Of a stretch of DNA of 64,000 nucleotides, positions 51,937-64,000 are shown piece after piece (positions within the stretch are counted from its first letter, which is position 1; every line of letters begins with the position of its first letter). The DNA is taken from the NCBI GenBank assembly GCA_021613535.1, contig CP075493.1:2914001-2978000 (forward strand), written 5' to 3'. The notes beneath the pieces were generated by a model. It saw only the letters and a list, made by a program, of their open reading frames with translations, was not told the DNA's origin and searched no databases. The stretch is from Adineta vaga. Its lineage: Eukaryota; Animalia; Rotifera. The position numbers and the translations under genes were made by a program.

Positions 51937-54900
51937 ATGAATTTTCTCTGGTATTTTATCAGTTTTTTTCTTCATCATTCCATTGTTCAACTTCAATTCA
52001 CTGAAAGTTATGAGAGCTCATTGAATAAAACAGTCGATTTTTTCGAATTTGAAAATCTTTATGTTACAATTCTGGGCGCATTGACAAGCGAGGAACATAT
52101 ACAAATTCTTAATACACATACCAATCGATTATATCGAGCATCTGTTCATCAAGAAATCTTTCTTTCATCTCAATCGTTCATTCTTGATTCGAATCCTTTA
52201 TTAATTGCATTAAAATTATGTGAAATCGGTAATCTATCACATGCTAAAGCAATCATTGCTGGCCATGGTTACAATGGAAATGATCTAACATTAACAGCAA
52301 TTTCATATGTATCCGATTTTTATCATATACCAGTTCTAACAATTGCTTCGCGAGAAAATCTTTTTTCTGATAAAGTAAGACAATGATTGCTGAGAAAGAA
52401 CGAGTCATTTGACTATATATTTTTAGGCATTATATAGTTATATTGTACGACTTGTTCCACCGTATTTATATGAAGCTGATGCATGGTTTAGTATTCTTCG
52501 ACGCTTAAAATATTCGAAAGTTGTATTAATTTATAGTCAAGACGAAGAAGGTCGAATGGTTGCATCAAGATTTCAAATGTTAACTGAAGATTCAGATATT
52601 CAAGTAATATTTCGATGAAAAATCTTCATAGAATTTTTAACATTTATTTTGTTTTCAAGATTGAACGAACAGAAGAATATGAATCAATAGGAAATTTTAC
52701 TTCAGTTATATCGAATTTAACATCAGAAGATCGTTTATTATCACGTGTATTTATTATTCATGCTAGGTTTACTAAAATAAAACATTTTTATTTCTATAAA
52801 AAAAACCAAAAATTTTGAATTTTTTTAGAGCAGAAGATACGGATGAATTCTTATCTGCTATTGTACGTTTACAGCATTTAGAAAATTTCGTTTGGATTAT
52901 AAATGAACGTGCATTATCATCGAATAGTTCAGCTTTATTTGATGGTCTTCTTGGCGTTCGATTGCATAGTTCATTTACAGAAGAAAATCTTTTAGTTGAT
53001 GCAACAAAAGTTCTTCTTGATACATTTTATAAATTCATTGAACATACATCATTTTGGAATCAAAAGAAACCATCGATTAATTGTTCAACAATTGAACCAT
53101 GGCCAGAAGGAAAAGAATTGTATAGGTAAAATATTTAAAAACAAAGCATATTTTGTGTTGATAAGTTTTCTTTAGTAAACTATTGGAAACAAATATTATC
53201 AATGGAATAACAGGAAATATTGAATTTAATGATGAAGGTGATCGTGTGGAATCATTATATGAAATAATCAATATTCAAAATAATCAAATGAAAGTCGTAG
53301 GAACATATCGAACGAATACAGTAAGTTAATTTTTAATGATCTATTCATTTTTTCTCGTGTTCTTTTTCTTTTTAGAGTACCTGTCATAAAAGTGTTCTTT
53401 GTCGACAAATAGTGAGTTTAATCGTCAAATGTGAAATGCATGGAATCTCAATGATTTCTTTCCCTATCCTTTGTTGTGTGTATGTTATTATTGTGAATAG
53501 TACCTGAATGTGATTAATTCAATATTATGTGAGAAATATTTCATTAGATTGATAAAACTGAATTACAACTTGATGAACAAGATATTGTCTGGCCAAGTGG
53601 AATTCGACGAAAACCCGATGGAATTCGAACGCGACGAAATGTTTCAGTTAGTTTGTTCTTTGTTTTCATACGAATATATTTGCGATCTAATTAGGTTGTA
53701 ACAATTCATGAAACACCATTTATTATTGCACGTGCTGGAAATGATTGTGAAGTTCAAAAAGAAGTAGCATGTCCACGATTGAAGAAGAATGGTATGTTGA
53801 AAAAAGAATTGTTTTTAATTATTGAAATAATTCATTACGTTTAGGATCGATTGTTGTTGGTCATGAAGATTTTTGTTGTCAAGGTTATTGTATTGATCTA
53901 TTACAAGAATTATCGAAAAATTTAAGTTTTGTTTATACATTACATCTGGTTTCTGATAATAAATATGGATCGTATGAAAAGGTAACGAGAGAAAATAAAG
54001 ATATAAATTCCGTGAAGAAAAATACAGGATTGATGATGTGTTTTTGCATTAGAATATGCTAATCATCAGATGAGTGTTAGCAAGTTGTATTTTTGTATTT
54101 CATAGGATAAAGATGATAAACATAAACGATGGGATGGAATGATTGGTGAACTGATTGGCTATGAAGCAGATATGATCATAGCTCCATTAACAATTAGTCC
54201 AGAACGTGCAGAAGATATTGAATTTACTAAGCCATTTAAATATCAAGGCATTACAATTCTTGTTAAAAAGGTAATTTTGTTTTCAATAAAAATCTTTTCG
54301 ATAGTTTATTGTGACAATAACATTTCTAGAGTACGAATACATCGAATTTAGCGTCATTCTTACAACCATTTAAAGAAGCTTTATGGTTGATGGTTCTATT
54401 ATCTGTTCACGTTGTTGCTGTAGTTTTGTATTTACTCGATCGTTTTTCACCCTTTGGTCGATTTCGTTTCTCGCCACGACAACAAGGAGCTGATCGTGGA
54501 AATGGACCAATGATTGAAGCCAATTCAGAAGATGATGCATTAAATCTATCGAGAGCACTATGGTTCACATGGGGAGTTCTATTAAATTCAGGAATTGGAG
54601 AAGGTTTGATAAAAGATAAAACACGATGGAGAGAGAGAGAGAGGGAAACAATCATTTTCTTTTTCTTTCTTAGGAACACCACGAAGTTTTTCTGCTCGTG
54701 TTCTCGGAATGGTTTGGGCTGGTTTTGCCATGATCATGGTCGCATCATATACCGCTAATTTAGCTGCTTTCCTTGTGCTCGATCGACCAGAAACAACTAT
54801 ATCGGGAATTAATGATGCACGAGTATATGATTAGAATTGTATTCGAGTGTTTTGCTTTATTTTCTCTTGACTTTTATTCTTAGTTACGAAATCCACAAGA

Positions 54901-56307
54901 TGGTTTTACATATGCAACAGTCAAAGGTTCATCAGTTGATATGTATTTCAAACGTCAAGTTGGTATGTTTGAAAAAATATTTCCAATCAGAAACAAACAG
55001 AACGAAATATTTGTTTTATGATAGAATTTTCTACAATGTATCGAACAATGGAATCAATCAATTATGTAACTGCTGAAGATGCAATAGCAGACTTAAAAGC
55101 CCAGTAAAATACCTAAGAATTTTCTTTACTATCTATTAAATTTTTTTTATTAGGAAATTGAAAGCATTTATTTGGGATTCTCCTCGACTTGAATATGAAG
55201 CAGCACAAGATTGTGATCTTATTACAGCTGGTGAACTATTTGGACGATCAAGTTATGGCATTGCTTTGAGAAAGAAAGATGCATGGATCAATCCCTTATC
55301 ACATGTCATTTTATCATTTCATGAAAAAGGTTTTATGGAAACACTTGATAATAGATGGATCTATTTTAAAGGGTAACTTTTATTTTGAATAGATCTTGAT
55401 GATACAATGAAATGATTGTTTTTTTTTCTAGAATGAAACAATGTTCGGATCGATCCTCAACACCAGCAACACTTGGTGTTAGTAATATGCTTGGTAAGAA
55501 TATTGTTTTTATCTGTTATGAGATGTAATTATTTGAATATATAGGAGTGTTTCTATTGGTGGCTGGTGGAATATTTGCTGGATTTTTTCTTCTTGCAATT
55601 GAAATAGCATTCAAACGAAGAAAAGATCAACGAAATAAAGAAACGGAAATCTCGCGAAGTGCTTTGGTACATTGGAAAAAGAAAATCGAGGTAAATTTTC
55701 GAAATATCTATATCACAGATCATTGTTGGAAAGATGAAGATTTTTAACGAACATATGATTGTTGTACAGTTTCTTTCTGAAAAGAAAACAATGTTCAGAA
55801 AGAACCGCAAAAGAATAGCAGATTAATTGACGTTCCTAACCTTTATAACAGACGCGAATGTCTGTTGATTATAGCACAGAAGAATATGATGTGAAGTATA
55901 GTCATTGTATAGTCTATTTAATACATGCATATGGCTTCTATTTTACTATCATAACAATGAATAGATGAAGTTAAGACAACTAATCTTTAAAGTTTTATAT
56001 TCGATATTTTTTCATTGTATAGAAATATGTATGAGCTATTCTTCTGTTTACATTACGTCTATTTAGTAAAACAATCCTTTAGTATATAAATATCAATATG
56101 AATTCTTGATCAAAAGCATTTCCAATAAAACATTTTTCTTAACTATTTACATTTGAATTCTTTTCTTTATTCTAGAAACATCGACAACATCCATCATCGT
56201 ATGAAACCGATAATCAACATCAATCAGTAACTGATATAGATTTACATAATAAAATCTCATTAAATCGAACTGATCAATGTCGATCATTAAAAAATACAAA
56301 TATATAA
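51937..56307 (+). CDS. GRIN1: NMDA receptor subunit NR1 (GluN1)-like, multi-exon
   Basis: Signal peptide; ATD ([24 protein letters not shown]); [10 protein letters not shown]; [21 protein letters not shown]; LDRFSPFG; pore [15 protein letters not shown]|TPRSFSAR; SYTANLAAF; KGSSV; AFIWDS; C-terminal ...KNTNI* (56305-56307). Confidence 0.95.
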
Positions 56308-57228
56308 TCTATTTTTTTCTATACATATATTATTCCAGAAAAAATATCTTCGTCAACTTTTATTTTTCTTTCTCTTTCTTTTTTTTTGATTTGTTCATTA
56401 TATTGTCTGATAGATTTTTTTCTTCTTCTTTTCTGGAAATCTATTTCTTAGCCGTCTCTAAATAAACCAAAACTAATCATTCGATATGTTGTCATCTACT
56501 CCTATGAAAATAAATACGGTGTCATTCAGCCATGTGACGATCGATAGCAAACAAGACGATAAAGAGACATATTAGAAAATAAATAATAAACATCACTGCT
56601 ACCAACATTCAGATACAGAAAGATGAAGAATGATGATTATTGACAGCATATCCTTCTTCTCTGCCTTTTTTTCTGACTTTTCTCTCCTCGTTCTCTCTCT
56701 CTCTCTGTTTCTGTCCTGCTCTTCATCAAGAACGATGGAATAATATAAATCTATACGTAATATCTTCCGTTACAAGTAAGCAAACGAACAATTCTATATC
56801 TATCTGTGTATATGCATTATCATCATCATCATCATCGATTGCTGGTCTACGTTCTTTATATGTGAAAGAGAGCGAGAGAGTATTAGTAGAACGATGCCAT
56901 TCTAGTCAAACTAACCAAGAGAGAATTGTCATAATAGATCGAGATAGGATATATACATCTTTCATCAACCAACAACTTGAAGGAGAACGTTGACGACAAT
57001 GACCGTGAATTGTATCGTTTCTTGTTCAAGAGATTTTTATTGAACTTCTCTTGAACATCATTATCATGATTAATCCAATGTAATTACGTAGAAGGTGTAT
57101 TGATTTTTAATGGTAAGTTAAACCTTAAAGATTGACAAAATACTTGAGGTAGTTTTTTCTTTGCTTAGATAAGATAATAATCATTTTTATCTATCTCTTA
57201 GATCTTCTTTCTATTATACAATATTTAA

Positions 57229-57882
57229 ATGATAACCGAAACTCGACAAAGTCGTACACGTCTCCTTCAATATTATGAACGACGTTCTCGTCGTCGACAT
57301 CATACGCTTGATAATGCAACTTTAGATAAGTTTAATTTTATCTGTGTACCATTACGTCTTGATGAAGTAAAAAAAAAAGAGGGGCATTCTTTCAATCTGA
57401 AAATTTCTCTTTTGATGATTAAATAGAGACATCTTGAACCATCATCATCTCAAACAAATCTAAATGTTACATCTTCGAAAGATATTAAAATTTGTAAACC
57501 AATTGAGATATCTTCTCCAACACGTCGTGTTCGTTTTCAATTCGATAAAAACGATAAACATGAACGGAATTTTCATTCGACAGATGATGAACGTTCACCA
57601 AAAAAATATTCAACTCATCGTGTTGAATTTCAAATTCCTTTGAATAAAGGTAATTGATAATTATAAAATTCATTCGATCAAAAATATATATATTTCCGTT
57701 TACCATTTAGAAATTAATCCTTGGTTAAATATTGATAGTCCATCTCCATCGGCTAAAGTACGTTCAATAACATCACAAAAAATTGATATAAACCATAATA
57801 ATATTAACAATACAATTCATCCACCAAGCATGACATCATATATTAATCTGGTAATACTATGTGCAATTGCTATTTCTACTTG
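57229..57882 (+). CDS. Three-exon low-complexity coding unit with two RVxF motifs; either an orphan gene or alternative 5' exons of the downstream SoHo-domain gene
   Basis: Exons 57229-57366, 57427-57649 and 57711-57850/57882 splice in frame: MITETRQSRTRLLQYYERRSRRRHHTL...PTRRVRFQF...THRVEFQIP...EINPWLNIDSPSP... Confidence 0.6.
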
Positions 57883-58791
57883 ATTTAAATGTATATACTG
57901 TTGAAAGTATTATCTCTTCAAATTCAATTATAGACATATATGTATATACGAAAGGAAATGATGATATTCGAACCTTCTGTTACTAGTTTATATATTTGAT
58001 AATATAAAGCTATCTATGTGTGATATGATACTGTTTGATTATCTAGTGGTATTATTCAACACATACATCTTTCGAGAAATGATTGACGTCTTGTTTATTG
58101 TCAAAAATAGTACTCTTTCGCTCTCATTGATTCAATATAATTAACGATGTTGTTAAGAAAAAGTTTTCAAGAACCTTCTTAGTAACCTACTTAGAACCGT
58201 TTTCTATTTGATTCAGAAAAGAAAGGGAAGAGAACGTAGAAGAAGAAGAAGAAGAAGAAGAAAAACCAGAATGAACATTGAATAAGTAGTTTTCTTCTTG
58301 TTCTTCTTCTTTCGTTCATTCGTTCGTTCGTCCGTTTGCATGTTTAGTTGGGAGAACAGCATAAGCACGCAAGTCATCGTTATAGATCCTTTATTTCCGT
58401 CGGCAAGTAATTCTTTACTAGTCCTCCCTTCGTCTCTCATTTTTCACAGTCGGTTGGTGCACCATCACACTCGACGGCAAGACGAGAAGGTCTATCTATA
58501 AAGCAAAAATAACAACACCGAATGTGCGGACGTTCTTTATTCGTCTTCTCTTTTTGCTTTCTTCTTCTCGGGTGTTAGTAACAGTGGCCTATCAACAATT
58601 TTCTTTTTGTTCGTAATATACGTGCCTGACTTAGAAATCAAAAGGACAAACGATAGATTGTGTTTTTTTCCTGCCATTCAATGATTATCAATTGATCAAA
58701 GCAAGTTTGATCATCACATTGACTATTGTTGACATTTTCATTCTATTCGACATCGACAGCATGATCATATCATAGGAACGATTGTTGATTT

Positions 58792-61700
58792 ATGGATAAA
58801 CTACAAAAAATATCATTACAAAATGCTGTTTGTCGTTGCCAGCAGGTAGTTAAATAATCGAAAAACTTTTCGTATTGTTTTGTGTTTTTCAATTAAAATA
58901 TATCTATACATATAATAAAAAACTCTTTCCTTTTCTTCCCTTCTCTCTCTCTCTCTCGTTCTTTTCTACCTACATGCGATTTTTTTAGTTGTTTATTTGC
59001 TTAATAACTTCATGTCAAGACAAGCGATAAAAAAAGAAGTGATTTCTTTCTTTTTCTCTTCATTTCGATGTTTTTCGTATAGAAACCTTGAGTGTTACCG
59101 TTGCCATTGACTGGATATTTGTTCACTCATGCAGTTTATCCGTGCATCAGGCCAGGTATGGATTCTTATTATTTAGATATGTAAATCTGTCTATGTGAGA
59201 AAATCATTTGACTTATTCCTTTTTTCATTAATCATTAAATTTATATCAATGAAGTTTCATCTTCTCCACCTTCTACTTTTTCTTCTGACATACGAACGCA
59301 CCCTTTCCAATCATAACAATATTATTATTATTATTACTTATTTGATCTATTGTCTTTTTGCTCGAACTGATTATTGTATAATAACTATCCAAAGATAGAC
59401 AAGAACATATGTTCAGTCAATAAATGGTATAAGCTAATAGATTGACATTGTTTCTTTGTATATTAGAAAGAAAAGAGCAGAGTAGAACACAGAGAGAAGG
59501 ACTTGTATTGATTTGAGTCGAACAGAAGGTATTAATTTATTATACTTATTTTTTAGCCGTCAACGGACGATCCAGACAGGACAAGAAGTCAATGGTATAA
59601 AGAGATGTACTGCCATATTCACAAACCATCAGAACACAAAAAAGGTAAATACTAACTATTGATGTTTTTCTTTCTACCTGTATCAAATTTTGAAACTGAT
59701 CAGAAAGATTCGTAGAACTCTTCAGATAATTTAGATGTTATTCTTGTGAAATTACCTTTAACACCTTCTCGATATCGAGAATATCATCAGAAGCGAGGTT
59801 TGTTTATAATCCTATTTCTTTTTTGCCATATTTTCTACATCAATGGGCATGTCGCTTCCCATTATGTCCTTTCTGCTTCTATATTAGGAAAATGTTGAAT
59901 AAACTCGATCAACATTCTCTTAATAGCTTTTATTAATTTTTATCTCTAAGAAATTTCAATTAGATTTAATGAGACAAATTCTTTCTTTCAATGTCAACGT
60001 ATCTAAAAGGCAATTGACTTTATTAATAGAAGAAGATCTTATATAATAAATTACGCGAAATTGAACTTTCTTAAATCTTTATATCAATATTGTATGCAAA
60101 CACCTTTTTTTTGCGTTGTTTAATTGCCTTTTTCTTTTTCTTTGTTTTATATTGCTGACCCATCGTTGTCGTCATATATACCTACGGCTTTCATTGTTTA
60201 GAATGCATGTTGTTATTTTTCTTTTTTTTTCATATTTTTCATTTGCTTGACAGGATACTTTTGAAACGAATAATATGTCAGAGATAAATGATAACTTTAT
60301 TTGCGTGTTTTTTCTTTCTTTTGTTTTCATAGACGAACAATCAAATCCATACAAACCGACATATACATTTCCGGATGAATTCAATGGTGATTTAGATCGT
60401 ATGGAAGAATATATACGAAAAACAGCTTCACACAAAAGTGATAGCGATCGAAGTAAGGCGTTTTTATTGAATATATTTATATGGATGTTCATTGTTTGAT
60501 ATTTTAGAAAATTTCTCGTCATCACCTATACGAATGCAAACAGCAAATGTTAAGTAAGAAATGAATAGATAGTTGTAATATACATTCTCATATATGATGT
60601 TTATTGTAGTGATTATCCAACAAACACGAAGCGAAATCCAGAAAAGATTACACGTTTTAGCGATCAATTAACATTTTCAAGTACTTCTCCTACCATAGAA
60701 CGGGCTAAACCTGTACGTTATCTTTATAGATATAAATGTATACAATTCATTACACAGATGTTCATTAATTCTTGTAGATAAATGTTACGATAGCATCGCC
60801 CGTAACGGTCAGTTCAAGATCAAACACAACTCATCCGTAAGTTTGTTGATAAAGAAACATTTCTGATCTTTATGATTTATTCTCTATTCTTAGAATCCAA
60901 CCAACATCAACAACAACAACAACAACAACAGATGATGAACAAAAATTAATGTATAAACGAGTGTTACGTGGTGGAGATATACCAGCAACCGGCTTACAAA
61001 AGTGTCTTCCTCACAATCGAGGTAAGCATATGGTTCTTGTTTTTTATCAATGTGAATAAAAATCTAGGCACCAGCTGTAGTTAGAAAGAAATAGACAAAG
61101 AAAGAAATCTAAACTCGATTCATTTCGTCCTCTGCGTTCATGATGACAGTTTCATCTTCCTCAATACAGCGTCCTCTAATACATTCTAATCATTCGTCTT
61201 CATCCATGAGATTATTTGCTTACTATTCCATACATTGGGAACACAATCAAAGCAATCAATTGAATGATTTTATCGATAATGACGTTCATTTCGAAATCAA
61301 TTCATGTTTATATTTTCAAACGAAAACTCAATCTATCAATGAAATCGATAATAATAATGATGATGATGACGATGATGAATGGGAACAAAAACGTGAAGAT
61401 GGTTGTGGATATGTTATTACTTATCCTTCTCATATACATCCAACAGAGAATTTACAAATCTATAATTTCGATCGTAAAAAAAATTTCCTTCTAACATCGA
61501 ACGATGTTTATGTAAACAGTAAGAATTCAAAATATTTTTTTTTGTCAAACAGAAATAACATTTCGTAGAAGAAAAAAACCCGAAAAGATGATTTATTGAT
61601 TGAATAATAAAATAGAAAAGATCAAGTTGTTTGACGAGCTTCTCTCTCTCTTTCTCTTTCACTCGTTTTTTTCCTATCTTGTTCTTTCTTATCAGTTTAT

Positions 61701-64000
61701 TCCGTTGAGAAAGTGTCAAATAAATGGCGAATGAATGCACTTAACCTTTCCATTAGGTTTTTTATTCTTCATTTTTATCTGCTTACATCATATTCAACAC
61801 ACTTTCAATTTCGTCATTACCACATACTTTACATTTTTCTTTCTAAAATCCTACATCTTGAGACACTTGTATTGTGTACTATGAAACCATTGAACAGTAA
61901 CATCAAAGAATATGCATATATGCATATATACTCGTCTTTTTTTTATGATTATAAGAAAAAGAATTAGGATATGTCAACCTTGAGAGATAGTGAGAAGACT
62001 TTCTCTCAACCTCCTTCCACTGAAACATCTGTCTTGTATCGTTTGATATCCATAAACATAATGTGTGATTAGACACAAGAATGGAATCGAAGTGTGTATA
62101 TATATATATATATATATATTTATTGTTGAGAAAGAAAATGTGGCATATTGATGGGCAGATTGCATAAATAATTTTGACCTCGAAGAGAAACAGTATGACA
62201 TCACGGTAAATCAAAAATCAATAAGAACGAGTGTTACCACTTGATTCCTCAAGACCAATTATTACTAGTAAATAATACTTACACCTGTGATTTGTTTTTC
62301 TTCATAAAATTATGATACAAATGAGTTGGTTTCTTGTCTGTCTTTCTTTACAAACCAATTAGTTACATCAGTCTAGTTCTTCTTTGACATGCATATAATA
62401 TATCTTTTTTTCTCTTGTTCTCTTCGCAAATATTAGATTTCATCTTTTTTGTATTCAATCGGCTTACATTCTTATGATTTTGCGTCATATTCTACTATGT
62501 GAGAGTAATATTAAACGAGAATAAATGTCCATGCATTTTTTTGATCGCTATAACTGTTAAGCAGAAAGTAAAAAGATCGAGGAATGTGTACATATGTATT
62601 CGAGATTCTGTGATGACAAATCGAGCTATGTGTGAGAGTACACAGAGACAGAGCATCAACATCAATAGCATGCATAAAAAAGGAACACTTATTGACACAT
62701 ATTGACATGAGTAAAGGCGTCGATAGGCAGAAAAGAGGAGAAAATCTGAAGCAAAATACTTCCACAATCATGAATCGACATGGCTGTACATTTACTTTGC
62801 TTTCTTCGTTCTCTCTTCTTTCTTCTCCTTCCTCTTGTTCTTATTTTTTGTACCATTTTTTTCATCTTTACTCTTTTTTTTCTCTTCTTTCAACGAATAA
62901 CTGCGACGGTGATCATGGTGAGAAAGTCTGTATGGTTTTTTTTCCTTCTTCTTATGTACAAAAGAAGAGAGAAAACGAGAAAGAGAGAAAGAGAAGAGGA
63001 AGAAAAAAAGAGCTGAAATGTAATTAATGAAAAGAAGACAAAGGAGAAATAGTTAAAACAACTACTCGTCATCTACTCGTAACATACCTGTACAATTAGA
63101 CTAAGAATAAGATCGATTATATCCGTTGTCAATCCAATATACATCCATATATATTTATCTATCCGCTCATGACACTTCACTTGTAGATATATATATATAT
63201 ATAGACACAAGCGTTTCGTTTCTTTTTTCTCGTTTCGCTTTCATCGCTATCATTCCTACGATTCATTGAAAAAAAAGCTAGGCGACAATCGTCCAGGTAG
63301 TACGCATATACATATACACGTATATATATAACATATACACCGGACCATCATCATATTACGAAGATTCGGATGAGCGCTTGTCATCTATAATAATTGTGCG
63401 ATCAACCGTATTGACATAGGAAAAAACGGGAACAACTGTCGTATTTAATATCCATACTTTCAAACGAAAAAATGACGGACATTAAAGATGTTGGTAAAAC
63501 AGAAGCTCATGCAGCTAGTACGTCTGAACATGCAGGAATCGATGAACTTGTTAATATTGTTAATATCCACATGAATCATGATACACCAACATCTTCTACC
63601 GTTAGTTCAACAACTGGTTCGTTACGTACGAATAGTCCACCATTAATGGGAACCTATGCACGTGCAGCTAAACGTCGCATGGATAGTGACTCTGGTGGAG
63701 TAACACGTATCGAAGGTACAGATACACAAAATCAACATCATTATCAAAATATTCGACAAATTTCAGATGATGGACAAAGCCAATCACAATCATCAAAAAC
63801 TGACATACCATTAGAATCTCGAGATTCATTTAGTGCCAAACGAGATTATTTCGAACAACGTTTTAAAACACCACCACCTACATACGATTCACCGCCGACA
63901 CGAAAACCATCGACACAAAAAATTATTACAACAATTACGACAACAACAACAACTGGCGTACCCGTACGATCAAATGTTCAAGATCGAACAAGTTCATCTT
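58792..64000 (+). CDS. Sorbin-homology (SoHo) domain gene, SORBS/CAP/ArgBP2-like; 5' part only, continues beyond the window
   Basis: Exon 59557-59644 PSTDDPDRTRSQWYKEMYCHIHKP resembles SoHo (KDWYKTMFKQIH). Downstream small exons at 59725-59797, 60333-60451, ~60508-60550, 60610-60712, 60778-60836 and 60894-61021 (MYKRVLRGGDIPATGLQK). SH3 domains are not within the window. Confidence 0.6.
63472..64000 (+). CDS. Open Ser/Thr-rich reading frame running off the window end; probably an alternative first exon of the SoHo-domain gene or a new gene
   Basis: MTDIKDVGKTEAHAASTSEHAGIDELVNIVNIHMNHDTPTSSTVSS...SAKRDYFEQRFKTPPPTYDSPP...; 176 codons with no stop; absent from the ORF track. Confidence 0.7.
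   Translation, partial: MTDIKDVGKTEAHAASTSEHAGIDELVNIVNIHMNHDTPTSSTVSSTTGSLRTNSPPLMGTYARAAKRRMDSDSGGVTRIEGTDTQNQHHYQNIRQISDDGQSQSQSSKTDIPLESRDSFSAKRDYFEQRFKTPPPTYDSPPTRKPSTQKIITTITTTTTTGVPVRSNVQDRTSSS

Noticed and set aside
54053-54085. Second possible NR1 microexon after YGSYEK
   Set aside because: Has an AG acceptor but an in-frame TGA and no convincing donor.

Overview
AT-rich eukaryotic genomic DNA with many short (~50-60 nt) GT-AG introns. It is most likely from a bdelloid rotifer (inferred from intron style, the intronless receiver-like/ART/TPR gene, the decayed F-box-like gene and the repeat types). The window has three parts. (1) About 0.7-27 kb is a dense core of intron-rich genes: a divergent alpha-tubulin, a KIF21-like kinesin head-to-head with CNOT4, a USP30-like deubiquitinase, SPATS2-like, a DRAK/STK17-like kinase, a 100-aa stand-alone KCTD1/15-CTD (GFRP-fold)-like gene missed by the ORF track, and PPP1R16 (MYPT3/TIMAP)-like. 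(2) About 27-51.6 kb is a rearranged accessory tract. It holds two ~2.3 kb copies of a calmodulin-like gene plus a third copy of its 5'/promoter region, an intronless EEP/CCR4-like gene, pseudogenes, two solo LTRs, hAT/piggyBac/MITE elements and an intronless receiver-like + ADP-ribosyltransferase + hypervariable TPR-array gene. (3) About 52-64 kb holds an NMDA receptor NR1 gene and the 5' part of a SoHo-domain (SORBS/CAP-like) gene with several alternative first exons. The best candidates for new biology are the ART-TPR receptor-like gene, its possible capture of the duplicated calmodulin promoter, telomere-like repeats at duplication junctions, the BTB-less KCTD/GFRP-like microprotein, and a recurrent YAGATGTCGC (CTCF-like) motif between genes. 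All gene models were spliced by eye; family calls come from remembered motifs, not database searches.
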